The notes beneath the pieces were generated by a model. It did no database searches. It was given only the letters and a program-made list of their open reading frames with translations, and was not told the DNA's origin. Both the position numbers and the translations under genes were made by a program. A stretch of 64,000 bases of DNA, taken from contig JAQUOA010000001.1 of the NCBI GenBank assembly GCA_028749215.1, positions 7,379 to 71,378 on the forward strand. Reading direction: 5' to 3'. Below, piece after piece: positions 41,808-51,446 of this stretch; within the stretch, counting starts at the first letter, position 1, and each line of letters begins with the position of its first letter. Source of the DNA: Bacteroidota bacterium (GTDB taxonomy: Bacteria; Bacteroidota; Ignavibacteria; UBA10030; UBA8401).

Positions 41808-42992
41808 TTATTTCTGAGAGAAGATTTTACCCTTCTGATATTTAATTTCTCCCTCATAAATTGTAGCTTGAACTTTAAAATTGCTGTCGAGGAGAACCAG
41901 ATCGGCATCTTTTCCAACGGCTAAAATACCCTTTTTGTGTTCACGACTGAGAACTTTGGCACCATTGAGTGATGCCATCCGCACCGCATCGGTCAATGGA
42001 ACACCGACCAAATTTACCATATTTTTAATGGCTTCTTCCATCGTCAAAGTACTTCCCGCAAGGGTTCCATTTTCTAAAAACGCACGTTTCTTTTTGACAA
42101 TAATTTTTTGATCCATAAAATGATAATCACCGTCCGGCATTCCACTTGCCCTGATTGCGTCAGTGACAAGAATAATTCCTCCGCTTCCTTTGATGTTGTG
42201 TAATAATTTCATGACAATGGGATCGACGTGAATAGCATCAGCAATCAGTTCAACTTTTAATTCGTTTCGAAGCAAAGCCGCTACCATTATCCCTGCTTCA
42301 CGGTGATGAAAAGGACGCATGGCATTAAACATGTGCGTCACATGTGCAGCGCCATTGTCGATTGCCTTTTCGATATCACCATATAATGCAAGAGTATGTC
42401 CAATTGAAGGAACCACACCCTGGCTTGCTGCCGCTCGAATAACGTCAATATTCCCCGGAAGCTCAGGTGCTATCGTCATCAATTTAATATATCCACGCGA
42501 TGATGCATTTAATTCATTCCACATTTCAACATTCGGTTCCCATAAATACTCAATTTTGTGTGCGCCCTTAATCTGAGGATTAATGAACGGTCCCTCCATG
42601 TGAATTCCCCAAATATTGGAACTTGGATGATGATCAATGTAATCGGCAAGGCGGGTCATATCTTTTTTCAACAGAGACATTTTTTTACTAAACAGCGATG
42701 CAAGCATTCCTGTTGTACCATGTCTAAAAAAGAAATCTGAAATTGTTGTTATGGCCTCGTCAGAATCATCGGCAAATCCGGCGCCATTACCGCCGTGTAC
42801 AAGTAAATCTATAAATCCCGGTGTCAGCATAAGTCCATCTAAATCATAGACTGGAATATTTTTAGAAATTGAAAGATCGCTAACTCTGCCCATTTGGGAA
42901 ATTTGTTTATCCGTGATAACAACCGCTCCCGGTTCAACAATACGAAATGGGGTAATAATTTTTACATTTTTTATCGCAAACGAAGTAGGCAT
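41808..42992 (-). CDS. nagA: N-acetylglucosamine-6-phosphate deacetylase
   Basis: The 394-aa amidohydrolase-fold ORF has metal-ligand His motifs (DLLVHGG; HMEGPF; GHT; HMFNAM) consistent with NagA. Confidence 0.8.
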   Translation of the reverse strand: MPTSFAIKNVKIITPFRIVEPGAVVITDKQISQMGRVSDLSISKNIPVYDLDGLMLTPGFIDLLVHGGNGAGFADDSDEAITTISDFFFRHGTTGMLASLFSKKMSLLKKDMTRLADYIDHHPSSNIWGIHMEGPFINPQIKGAHKIEYLWEPNVEMWNELNASSRGYIKLMTIAPELPGNIDVIRAAASQGVVPSIGHTLALYGDIEKAIDNGAAHVTHMFNAMRPFHHREAGIMVAALLRNELKVELIADAIHVDPIVMKLLHNIKGSGGIILVTDAIRASGMPDGDYHFMDQKIIVKKKRAFLENGTLAGSTLTMEEAIKNMVNLVGVPLTDAVRMASLNGAKVLSREHKKGILAVGKDADLVLLDSNFKVQATIYEGEIKYQKGKIFSQK

Positions 42993-42997
42993 AATTT

Positions 42998-43708
42998 TCA
43001 GTGCAGTAGTTGTAGAAGTTGTTTAAAGTTATTTTCAATTTTTCCGTTTCCAAAAACAGCATTCCCCGCAACAAAATAATCGGCGCCGGCATTTTTTGCT
43101 TTAACAATTGTTGTTGCATCAATACCGCCATCAACTTCAATAACGGTGTGTAACTTTTTTTCATTAATAAGCGCGGATAACCGTTCTACTCGATCAATGC
43201 TTGACTCGATAAATTTCTGCCCGCCAAAACCGGGATTAACAGACATCACCAATACCAAATCAACCATAGGCAAAATTTCTTCGATGGAAATCAATGACGT
43301 AGCAGGGTTGAGACTAACGCCTGCTTTCATTCCCAATTCTTTTATTTTGGAAACTGTGCGATGTAAGTGACGACATGCTTCAACATGGACAGTTAAGATG
43401 TCAGATCCAGCGTTACAAAAATCCTCTAAATATTTATCTGGATCTTCAATCATGAGATGTGTATCCAAAGTAAGCGAACAAAACGAATTAATTTGTTTTA
43501 CTGTCCCGGAACCAAAAGAAATATTAGGGACAAAATGTCCATCCATAATATCCAGATGGAGCATGGTTGCGCCAGCCTTTGTAACTTGTGTAATAGCATC
43601 TTCAAGATGTGCAAAATTAGCCGCGAGTATTGACGGCAAAACGATTTTGTCTTTTCGCATGCTAATTTTCCTTTGTTTGAAAATTTTTATTTGGTGTTTG
43701 CGATACAA
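42998..43708 (-). CDS. rpe: Ribulose-phosphate 3-epimerase
   Basis: The 236-aa ORF has RPE motifs (HLDIMDGHFVPNISFG; VMSVNPGFGGQKF). Confidence 0.9.
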   Translation of the reverse strand: MYRKHQIKIFKQRKISMRKDKIVLPSILAANFAHLEDAITQVTKAGATMLHLDIMDGHFVPNISFGSGTVKQINSFCSLTLDTHLMIEDPDKYLEDFCNAGSDILTVHVEACRHLHRTVSKIKELGMKAGVSLNPATSLISIEEILPMVDLVLVMSVNPGFGGQKFIESSIDRVERLSALINEKKLHTVIEVDGGIDATTIVKAKNAGADYFVAGNAVFGNGKIENNFKQLLQLLH

Positions 43709-44447
43709 AAAGATCTATTTCTTTGTCAACGGTCACGACATCATTTTCCCGAGGAAGTTGATCGATGATGGTATTTGGCAATAGTTCATTATTGATTTGA
43801 TAAGTGATGTTTCCAATTTTGAGTCCTTTGTCTTTTAAGATTTTCCGAACTTCGCTCAATGTTTTTCCTAGCAACGATGGGACATAGATGCTGTCAATCG
43901 ACTGTCCTGCACTTACAAGTATACTGATATATGATCCTCGCTTTACTTTTACGCCTGAGGTAATGTCTTGGGTAATAATTGTTCCTTCCGGAAAATCATT
44001 TGATATTTGATATCGAATGCTCCCTTGTTTTAAACCGACTCGCTCTAAGGAAAATTTCGAATCACGAATTGATTTTCCGCGTAACCCGGGTACAACAACC
44101 TGCTGTTCTCCACCGGAGATTGTCAAATAAACTCTCCGTCCTAATTTTACTGTTTGATCAGAGGGTGGATTTTGTAAAACAACGTATCCTTCGGGATATT
44201 TATTGTCTTGACGAATTTCTCCTCTTTTTGGTTCAAGATTGGCAGCTTGCAGTATTTTAAATGCTTCTTCTTCTTTTTTGCCGACAACATTTGGCACTTG
44301 CAATGTGCTTTGTTTATTTACATACCACGGCATTACAAATGAATCAAAAATAAAAAGTAGCACGAAAAATATTCCACTAAGCCAAAGAAATAATTTGACT
44401 ATTTTCATTCGAAGAATTCTATTAAAAATTCTTTGTACTGTATTCAT
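43662..44447 (-). CDS. Membrane-anchored PASTA-domain protein (three PASTA repeats, no kinase or transpeptidase domain)
   Basis: The 261-aa ORF has an N-terminal TM helix followed by three roughly 65-aa repeats beginning with VPNVVGK, VPGLRGK and VPSLLGK (the PASTA signature). It overlaps rpe by 47 nt. Confidence 0.75.
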   Translation of the reverse strand: MNTVQRIFNRILRMKIVKLFLWLSGIFFVLLFIFDSFVMPWYVNKQSTLQVPNVVGKKEEEAFKILQAANLEPKRGEIRQDNKYPEGYVVLQNPPSDQTVKLGRRVYLTISGGEQQVVVPGLRGKSIRDSKFSLERVGLKQGSIRYQISNDFPEGTIITQDITSGVKVKRGSYISILVSAGQSIDSIYVPSLLGKTLSEVRKILKDKGLKIGNITYQINNELLPNTIIDQLPRENDVVTVDKEIDLFVSQTPNKNFQTKEN

Positions 44448-45040
44448 AGTTTTGTGTTTTTCAATAAACTTTCGAGATATTTGCCGATAATGTCAAATTC
44501 TAAATTCACACAACTCCCTTTTTTGTACTGCTGAAAGACGGTATGTTCAAAAGTAAAAGGAATGATCGCTACGGTAAATTCATTTTTGTGCAGCCGGGCA
44601 ACGGTCAAACTTACTCCATCAACGCTAATGGATCCTACGGGAATAAGGTATTTCCGAAATATCTGCGGAAATGAAATTGTGTATAACCAACTTGTTTGCA
44701 GAGTTTGAATTGCAGTAACCTTGCCTGTTCCATCAATATGTCCCTGAACTAAATGACCCCCCAGTCTGTCTTGAAGTTTAACCGAACGTTCAAGATTAAC
44801 TATACTTCCTTTGTTAAGATCTCCGAGATTTGTTTTCCGTAATGTCTCGTGCACTGCCTGAACTGAAAAACTGTTTCTCGTCTTTCTGACAGTTGTAAGG
44901 CAAACGCCATTCACACTGATACTGTTGTCAATAGCTAAGTCCTTAAGAACTCTTTTGGCGTTGAATGTAAATTCTATTCCATCACCAAATTCGGTTAGAG
45001 ACTCAACTTTTCCAATCTCTTCTACTATTCCTGTAAACAT
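44444..45040 (-). CDS. ribE: Riboflavin synthase (alpha subunit)
   Basis: The 198-aa ORF has the MFTGIVEEIG N-terminus and an internal duplicated lumazine-binding fold. It overlaps the PASTA gene by 4 nt. Confidence 0.85.
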   Translation of the reverse strand: MFTGIVEEIGKVESLTEFGDGIEFTFNAKRVLKDLAIDNSISVNGVCLTTVRKTRNSFSVQAVHETLRKTNLGDLNKGSIVNLERSVKLQDRLGGHLVQGHIDGTGKVTAIQTLQTSWLYTISFPQIFRKYLIPVGSISVDGVSLTVARLHKNEFTVAIIPFTFEHTVFQQYKKGSCVNLEFDIIGKYLESLLKNTKL

Positions 45041-45057
45041 TTGCTATACTACCTTCA

Positions 45058-46137
45058 TTACTGAAGTTTTAAAATTTCAAGTGTATCACTACCGAATTTT
45101 GTCCGTTGCACGATATTCTTTTTTGAAGGAATCTTAGCAAAGGTTTTTAATCCGGCGCTGAATTTCATTTTTGAAGTAAAGAGATAAATCTTATCGACTA
45201 ACTCTTCGTGAAGGAATGCGTTATACATCTGTTGTCCCCCTTCAACTAAAACGGAAGAAATTTTATGGTTCCACAAGTCTTTGATAACCGATTGCATACT
45301 AAATATACCATTTTTTGAAGACAACTGAACTACCGCAACACCAATTCGTTCTAAATCCAAAATTTTTTCTTTAGCAGCCATTGAGGTCTGACGTGCAGTA
45401 TACACTATGGTTGACGCGTCTGAATTGAAAATCCTTTTGTTCATAGGAACATTAAAATTACCGTCAATCAACACACGAATAGGATTCCTTCCGTCCACAT
45501 GCCGAACAGTCAAAGAAGGATCATCTTTTACAACCGTATTTGCTCCAACCAGAACTGCATCATATTCAACACGTAATTTGTGAACAACTTTCCTTGCTTG
45601 AATGTTCGTGATCCATTTTGATGAACCATCAGTGCGAGCAATAAAACCGTCTGCTGTTTGGGCAGCTTTTATGGATATAAAGGGACGTCTTTTTTTTATA
45701 TAGGTAAAAAATTTTTCATTCAATGCGAAAGCTTCATTCTTTAATATACCAATGGTACATTTAATCCCATTTTTTCGAAGCTTATGAATGCTCTTTTCGG
45801 CAACGAGTGGATTTGGATCTATTGTGGCAACGACAACTCGAGCAAATTTATATCTCAAAATCGCATCGACACACGGCGGCGTATTCCCAAAATGAAAACA
45901 AGGTTCAAGATTGACATACATTGTTGCATCTGTCAGATCATGTTTTTTTTCTAATACATTCGTGATGGCATTTATTTCGGCATGATGGCTTCCATATTGT
46001 CTGTGAAATCCTTCTCCAATTTTTTTGCCGTTCTTAACTATCACTGATCCAACAAGAGGATTTGGGCTCACCTTTCCAGCGCCTTTGACGGCGAGTTCAA
46101 AACAGCGGCTCATCCAATATGCATCGTCTTTTTTCAT
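45058..46137 (-). CDS. ribD: Bifunctional diaminohydroxyphosphoribosylaminopyrimidine deaminase / 5-amino-6-(5-phosphoribosylamino)uracil reductase
   Basis: The 359-aa ORF has a CMP/dCMP deaminase zinc motif (HAEINAI...PCFHFGNTPPC) and a C-terminal RibD reductase domain. Confidence 0.9.
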   Translation of the reverse strand: MKKDDAYWMSRCFELAVKGAGKVSPNPLVGSVIVKNGKKIGEGFHRQYGSHHAEINAITNVLEKKHDLTDATMYVNLEPCFHFGNTPPCVDAILRYKFARVVVATIDPNPLVAEKSIHKLRKNGIKCTIGILKNEAFALNEKFFTYIKKRRPFISIKAAQTADGFIARTDGSSKWITNIQARKVVHKLRVEYDAVLVGANTVVKDDPSLTVRHVDGRNPIRVLIDGNFNVPMNKRIFNSDASTIVYTARQTSMAAKEKILDLERIGVAVVQLSSKNGIFSMQSVIKDLWNHKISSVLVEGGQQMYNAFLHEELVDKIYLFTSKMKFSAGLKTFAKIPSKKNIVQRTKFGSDTLEILKLQ

Positions 46138-46142
46138 TTAAA

Positions 46143-46191
46143 TAAAAAGGACATTACGATCAAAATTACGATCCGTAATGTCCTTTTTTCT
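46143..46191. terminator. Rho-independent terminator downstream of the Gfo/Idh/MocA oxidoreductase gene (upstream of ribD)
   Basis: A 12-bp stem aaggacattacg/cgtaatgtcctt (46147-46158 / 46174-46185) is followed by a T6 run on the + strand and by TTTTTATT on the minus-strand transcript. Confidence 0.6.
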
Positions 46192-46205
46192 GCTTGTGTC
46201 CATCA

Positions 46206-47228
46206 TTACTTGAAATTAATTTCTTTCCCCTTCGCCGCTGATTTATATATTGCATCGACAATCTTCATTCGTTGCACTGCTTCTTGCGCGGTAGAAATGA
46301 CCGGATGAATTCCACGTACCGCGCCGATGAAATGTTTCAGTTCATTTTCATACGAACGCTTCAGTAAATTTTGTGAAGAGTCTGTTTTCATCGGAGCAAC
46401 GTTCACAACGCTTCCATGCATCTCTTTGTTAATTATCAACGGATTAATTTTTCCGCTTCCCATATCACCATAGATGTTGCAATAATGCAATTCATTCTCT
46501 ATGTGAAAATTCCAACTCACTTCAATGGAAATTGTCGCTCCGTTTTTCATGGAAAGATGAACCAACGAAGTATCTTCTACTTTTGACCGGTGACTGTAAT
46601 TTGTTGCTGTTACACGGGTAACATCAGGATACCCCGTCATCCACAAAGCCAAGTCTAGCATGACAATTCCCATATCGAGGAACACACCTCCGCCGGACAT
46701 AGATTTTTGCTGGAGCCAGCTTCCTTCGGAGGAAGGTTTTTTCAACCATCCTGCTTTTACGTAAAATACTTTTCCCAATTCATTGTTTTCAATAAAACTT
46801 CGCAACATCATCGCATCGGGCCGAAACCGATGGTTCATTCCTACCATCAGTTTACGTTTATTCTTTTTTACCGATTCGGCCATTTCTACTGCCTCATCGA
46901 ATTTACGCGCTATCGGTTTTTCCACAAAGACATCGCACTTTGCTTCAAGGCTTGCAATCGCAACTTCTTTGTGTGCATCAGTTGACGTACAAATATCGAC
47001 CGCATCAATTTCCTCTGATGCCAGCATTTGATGAAAGTCGGTGTAGTACCGAGCGATCCCATATTTTTCTGCAATGAGACGAGCGCGCGATTTATCTCTA
47101 TCACACACACATGTTACTTCAGCGTCAGGAAATTTTGACAACAGCGGGATATGAAAAACCTGTGAAATCCATCCTAATCCCACAATCCCAACTTTTGCCT
47201 TTTCCATTTTCTCAGAATGCGTACTCAT
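46206..47228 (-). CDS. Gfo/Idh/MocA-family NAD(P)-dependent oxidoreductase
   Basis: The 340-aa ORF has an N-terminal Rossmann motif (VGIVGLGWISQ) and a C-terminal GFO_IDH_MocA alpha/beta domain. It overlaps dxs by 4 nt. Confidence 0.85.
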   Translation of the reverse strand: MSTHSEKMEKAKVGIVGLGWISQVFHIPLLSKFPDAEVTCVCDRDKSRARLIAEKYGIARYYTDFHQMLASEEIDAVDICTSTDAHKEVAIASLEAKCDVFVEKPIARKFDEAVEMAESVKKNKRKLMVGMNHRFRPDAMMLRSFIENNELGKVFYVKAGWLKKPSSEGSWLQQKSMSGGGVFLDMGIVMLDLALWMTGYPDVTRVTATNYSHRSKVEDTSLVHLSMKNGATISIEVSWNFHIENELHYCNIYGDMGSGKINPLIINKEMHGSVVNVAPMKTDSSQNLLKRSYENELKHFIGAVRGIHPVISTAQEAVQRMKIVDAIYKSAAKGKEINFK

Positions 47229-49165
47229 TGTGCTTTTCTTCCGGTAAGAATTTCATGTGTTGAATGCTCCTGACAAAAATCTTTTACGATATTAGCGATA
47301 CCTTTTGCATCGAGTTGAACAAGTGTTTGAAGCTCTGCTGGTGTTCCCTGCTGGGTAAACCCATCCGGTAAACCATGAAGTTTAATATGGAGATTTGTCT
47401 TGTCCATTTCTGTATAGAATTCAATCACTGCCGAACCAAATCCACCGGCAACACTATTCTCTTCGATGGTGCTGATTCTTGTAAATCTGTTTGCAATATC
47501 TTCAAGCAGAATTTTATCAACAGGTTTGATAAATCGCATATTGACTACTTCGGCAAGAATCCCTTCCTTTTCAAGTAGTTCGGCTGCTTTAAGAGTGTTC
47601 CCAACCATTGTACCAACTGCTAAGAGAGCAACATCATTTCCTTTTCGAAGTATTTCAGATTTGCCTATTTGAATTTTTTCCATTGAAGATTTTAACGGCA
47701 ACCCGAAAGAATTTCCTCGGGGATAACGGATGGCAATTGGCCCCTTCTGATATTCCACAGCGGTGAACAGCATATCGCGCAGTTCGTTTTCATCTTTGGG
47801 AGCCATTATCACCATGTTCGGAATACACCGCAAGTACGAAAGATCAAGAACACCGTGATGTGTTGGGCCATCGGCACCGACAAGACCGGCGCGATCGAGC
47901 ACAAATACAACATGCAAATCCTGTAACGCTACGTCGTGTACAATTTGATCGAATGCCCGCTGCAAAAAAGTTGAATATACTGCAACGACAGGAATATATC
48001 CTTCGGTCGCCATGCCGGCGGCAAAAGTCACCGCATGCTGCTCTGCAATGCCCACATCAAAAAATCTTTCGGGCATTGCTTGTTGCAAAATATCCAATCC
48101 TGTTCCATCCGGCATGGCAGCAGTAATACCGACAACCTTTGGATTTTGTTTGCACACTTCAACCATCGCATTGCCGAATACTTTTGTATACGCCGGAGGA
48201 GCGGTTGATTTCGGAGAAAGTCCGGTTACTTTATCAAACGGTGTTACACCATGTAATTTTGCGGAATCTTTTTCCGCCGGCGCATACCCTTTTCCTTTTT
48301 CTGTATTGATGTGAATGAGGATAGGGCCTTGTAAATCTTTTACGTGATTAAAGATTTCTACAAGCTTTATTACATTGTGTCCGTTGAACGGACCAAAGTA
48401 CCGAAACCCAATTGCTTCAAACATCATTCCAGGAGTGACAACAGCTTTTACTCCACGTTCCAATTTCCCGGCAACGACACGAAGTCTATCACCAAATGTG
48501 TCCAGTTTGCCAGTAAGGTCCCATACGTTTGCCTTAAATTTATTGTACGTTGGATGCGTAAGTACTTCAGAAAAATAATCGTGAAGCGACCAGAGATTCG
48601 GATTGATTGAAGACAGCGAGACCATTTTGTTGTCGTTCAATACTACAATCATATTCTTCTTTAGAACTCCAGCGTTATTCAATCCTTCATATGCCATTCC
48701 ACCCGTCAAAGAACCGTCACCAACCACCGCTACTACTTTAAAATCTTTCTGGGCAAAATCGCGTGCGGTTGCTATTCCAAGCGCAGCAGAAATCGCAGTA
48801 TTAGCATGGCCGGCGCCGAATGTGTCATATTCACTTTCATCGCGCCGCAAAAAACCGCTGATCCCGCCTAATTGTCGAATTGACGTCAACTTATCTTTTC
48901 GCCCGGTCAAAATTTTGTGCGGATAGGCCTGATGTCCGGTATCCCAAACAAGTTTGTCTGTGGGAGTATTAAAAACATAGTGCAACGCTACGGTCAATTC
49001 CACTGCCCCTAAGCCTGCTCCAAGATGACCGCCGCTTTTTGAGACTGAATCCACCAAAAATTCTCGAACCTCGTTACAGACTGTTCGAAGGTTTTTCAAA
49101 TCAACCTTCCGAAGATCTGCAGGATAATTGATTGCGTTCAAATATTTATGATCCAGTTCGCTCAT
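47225..49165 (-). CDS. dxs: 1-deoxy-D-xylulose-5-phosphate synthase
   Basis: The 646-aa ORF has a TPP-binding motif (GDGSLTGGMAYEGLNNAG) and transketolase-like domains. Confidence 0.95.
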   Translation of the reverse strand: MSELDHKYLNAINYPADLRKVDLKNLRTVCNEVREFLVDSVSKSGGHLGAGLGAVELTVALHYVFNTPTDKLVWDTGHQAYPHKILTGRKDKLTSIRQLGGISGFLRRDESEYDTFGAGHANTAISAALGIATARDFAQKDFKVVAVVGDGSLTGGMAYEGLNNAGVLKKNMIVVLNDNKMVSLSSINPNLWSLHDYFSEVLTHPTYNKFKANVWDLTGKLDTFGDRLRVVAGKLERGVKAVVTPGMMFEAIGFRYFGPFNGHNVIKLVEIFNHVKDLQGPILIHINTEKGKGYAPAEKDSAKLHGVTPFDKVTGLSPKSTAPPAYTKVFGNAMVEVCKQNPKVVGITAAMPDGTGLDILQQAMPERFFDVGIAEQHAVTFAAGMATEGYIPVVAVYSTFLQRAFDQIVHDVALQDLHVVFVLDRAGLVGADGPTHHGVLDLSYLRCIPNMVIMAPKDENELRDMLFTAVEYQKGPIAIRYPRGNSFGLPLKSSMEKIQIGKSEILRKGNDVALLAVGTMVGNTLKAAELLEKEGILAEVVNMRFIKPVDKILLEDIANRFTRISTIEENSVAGGFGSAVIEFYTEMDKTNLHIKLHGLPDGFTQQGTPAELQTLVQLDAKGIANIVKDFCQEHSTHEILTGRKAQ

Positions 49166-49434
49166 TATTCTTCAAAGTCCATCAGCTGTAATTTTCCATT
49201 CAAATCTTTGGTCAACTGTTTAATTCGCAATTCAGCTTTCGTCAATGTTTCCATACATTCCTTCGAAAGCTGAATTCCTTCTTCATACATTTTTAAAGAA
49301 TCTTCCAATGCAACATCCCCACCTTCCAACGCCGTGACAATTTTTTCCAATCGATGCAGTGATTGTTCAAATGGATGTTTTGATTCTTTCTTCGGCATAT
49401 TAGGGTTTCCTTTTACCTGTGATAGCGGCTTCAA
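49165..49434 (-). CDS. xseB: Exodeoxyribonuclease VII small subunit
   Basis: The 89-aa helical protein has an XseB signature (FEQSLHRLEKIVTALEGGDVALEDSLKMYEEG). The true start is probably the Met 12 codons in, which would abut the xseA stop. Confidence 0.8.
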   Translation of the reverse strand: MKPLSQVKGNPNMPKKESKHPFEQSLHRLEKIVTALEGGDVALEDSLKMYEEGIQLSKECMETLTKAELRIKQLTKDLNGKLQLMDFEE

Positions 49435-50599
49435 CTATACCGTCATGAAATTCAATTGAAGCTTCTTTATTGACAACGGCTTTTGCCCTTGAAGAAACAA
49501 CGCGTCCTTCTTGTCTGACAATTGAATACCCTCGTTTCAAAACCAGCTTTGGGTTTAATGCGTTGATCCGAGCACCGAGTGAATCAAAACGTTGAGATAC
49601 TCTCTCCATGCCATGGTGAAGATTTTGATCAAGCCTGCGGTAAAGTTCATCCACTTGTTGACTTCGTTGTTTGAGTAAGTCTTGCGGCTTATGAAATGAA
49701 TAACTTGAAGTAAGATTCCCAACCGTCTGTTTATATGATTCGATTAAATTCGTCATTGAACTGTTCATAGTATAGCAAAAATTGCGAATAAGTTCAACGA
49801 GTTCGTTGCCGTCTTTCACGACCAGTTCCGCCGCTGCAGACGGTGTAGGAGCTCGCAGATCCGCAACAAAGTCGCTGATACTGAAATCTATTTCATGTCC
49901 GACGGCACTGACCACAGGTATTTTTGAATGATAAATTGCACGGGCAACAATCTCTTCGTTGAAAGCCCACAGATCTTCAATCGAACCTCCTCCTCGACCA
50001 ATAATGATGACATCCGTCCATAACCCATTGTTCAAATCAGTAATTGCCTGTGCAATTTCTTCCGCTGCGCCGATCCCCTGCACTTTTACCGGAATGAGAA
50101 TTAATTCAACAGACGGCATACGCCGTGAAAAAACCGAAATCATATCTCGAATAGCGGCACCAGTCGGAGAAGTGACAATACCAATTCGTTGCGGATATTC
50201 AGGAAGTGGTTTTTTATGTTCTTCATCAAACAATCCTTCATCAAGCAATCTTTTCTTCAATCGTTCAAACGCTTGCTGAAGTTCACCCACACCAAGAGGC
50301 TGCAAACCGAGACAGTCGAGCTGATAACTTCCACGTGGTTCATAAAGACTGATGTTTCCGCGGGCAATGACTTTCATACCGTCAGTTGGTTTGAAGAGTA
50401 ACTGGTTTGCCCGTCCTCGCCACATCACAGCGCTGATCTGCGCCCCCTCATCCTTTAAAGTAAAGTATAAATGTCCTGAGGAATGAAATTTGAAATTTGA
50501 AATTTCTCCCTGCACCCGCAAATTTGGAAATCCAAGTTCGAGTACCCCTTTAATCTGCTTCGTAATTTCAGAAACGGATAAGACTTTTTCGTTTTCCAT
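49400..50599 (-). CDS. xseA: Exodeoxyribonuclease VII large subunit
   Basis: The 399-aa ORF has an OB-fold N-terminus (LSVSEITKQIKGVLELGFPNLRVQGEISNFKFHSSGHLYFTLKD) and an ExoVII catalytic domain. Confidence 0.9.
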   Translation of the reverse strand: MENEKVLSVSEITKQIKGVLELGFPNLRVQGEISNFKFHSSGHLYFTLKDEGAQISAVMWRGRANQLLFKPTDGMKVIARGNISLYEPRGSYQLDCLGLQPLGVGELQQAFERLKKRLLDEGLFDEEHKKPLPEYPQRIGIVTSPTGAAIRDMISVFSRRMPSVELILIPVKVQGIGAAEEIAQAITDLNNGLWTDVIIIGRGGGSIEDLWAFNEEIVARAIYHSKIPVVSAVGHEIDFSISDFVADLRAPTPSAAAELVVKDGNELVELIRNFCYTMNSSMTNLIESYKQTVGNLTSSYSFHKPQDLLKQRSQQVDELYRRLDQNLHHGMERVSQRFDSLGARINALNPKLVLKRGYSIVRQEGRVVSSRAKAVVNKEASIEFHDGIVEAAITGKRKP

Positions 50600-50667
50600 A
50601 TCTTGAATATAGGGTGAATAGTGCTAAATTCAAAAAGCTTAAGTATATTAAAAGAAAAAAGGTAAAT

Positions 50668-51387
50668 ATGAAACTTGATGTTCTAGCCATTGCCGCTCAT
50701 CCAGACGACATAGAGCTCTCTTGTGCTGCGACAGTAGCAAAATTGGTACGGAAAAATTTTAAAGTTGGAATTTTAGACTTAACCGAAGGGGAGCTTGGAA
50801 CTCGAGGAAGCAGATCACTACGGAGGAAAGAAGCATCGGATGCAGCGAAAATTCTTGGCGTACATGTGCGAGAAAACCTATACTTACACGATGGAAATAT
50901 TGAGGTAAATCAAACAAACGTAAAAAAGGTTATCCACATTATTCGCCACTACCAGCCTGCTCTTCTTCTTTTTCCTCACTGGCTTGAACGTCACCCTGAC
51001 CACGAACATGCACATACACTTTGCCGTGAAGCATGGTTTTACAGCGGGTTAGAAAAAATTGAAACGAAATACAAAGGCAAACGCCAAGAACCTTTTCGCC
51101 CAAAAAAATATTTTCACTTCATGCAGAAATATGAATTTACCCCTTCTTTCATTGTTGATGTTTCCGATGTGTATGAAGTGAAGAAAGCATCGCTGATGGC
51201 GTTCGAGTCGCAATTCTACAATCCCAAAAGTAAAGAGCGTGAGACTATTCTTTCTTCAAAACTGTTTCTCGAATCAATCTATGCCCGAGACCGTCACTTT
51301 GGGAGTTTAATAAATGTGGAATATGGTGAAGGATTCTACAGTATCGAACCGTTAGGCGTTGGTTCATTCTTTTCGTTGTTGATGTAA
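50668..51387 (+). CDS. PIG-L/LmbE-family N-acetylglucosaminyl deacetylase (BshB-like)
   Basis: The AHPDDIE metal-binding motif lies near the N-terminus. The start is reassigned from the ORF-track Met (50614) to the internal ATG at 50668 (MKLDVLAIAAHPDD). Confidence 0.75.
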   Translation: MKLDVLAIAAHPDDIELSCAATVAKLVRKNFKVGILDLTEGELGTRGSRSLRRKEASDAAKILGVHVRENLYLHDGNIEVNQTNVKKVIHIIRHYQPALLLFPHWLERHPDHEHAHTLCREAWFYSGLEKIETKYKGKRQEPFRPKKYFHFMQKYEFTPSFIVDVSDVYEVKKASLMAFESQFYNPKSKERETILSSKLFLESIYARDRHFGSLINVEYGEGFYSIEPLGVGSFFSLLM

Positions 51388-51395
51388 GTGCAGAT

Positions 51396-51437
51396 TTAAA
51401 ACAGAAAATCCGAGCATGCTCGGATTTTCTGTTTTGG
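51396..51437. terminator. Strong bidirectional terminator between the convergent bshB-like and ccmF genes
   Basis: A near-perfect 17-18 bp inverted repeat aaacagaaaatccgagca | tgctcggattttctgttt centred on gcatgc is flanked by A/T runs on both sides. Confidence 0.7.
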
Positions 51438-51446
51438 AAAAGAGTT

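Noticed and set aside
46138-46205. An FMN riboswitch upstream of ribD
   Set aside because: The intergenic space is only 68 nt and is fully occupied by the terminator hairpin of the upstream gene. That is too short for an FMN aptamer, so the rib genes here appear not to be riboswitch-controlled at this position.
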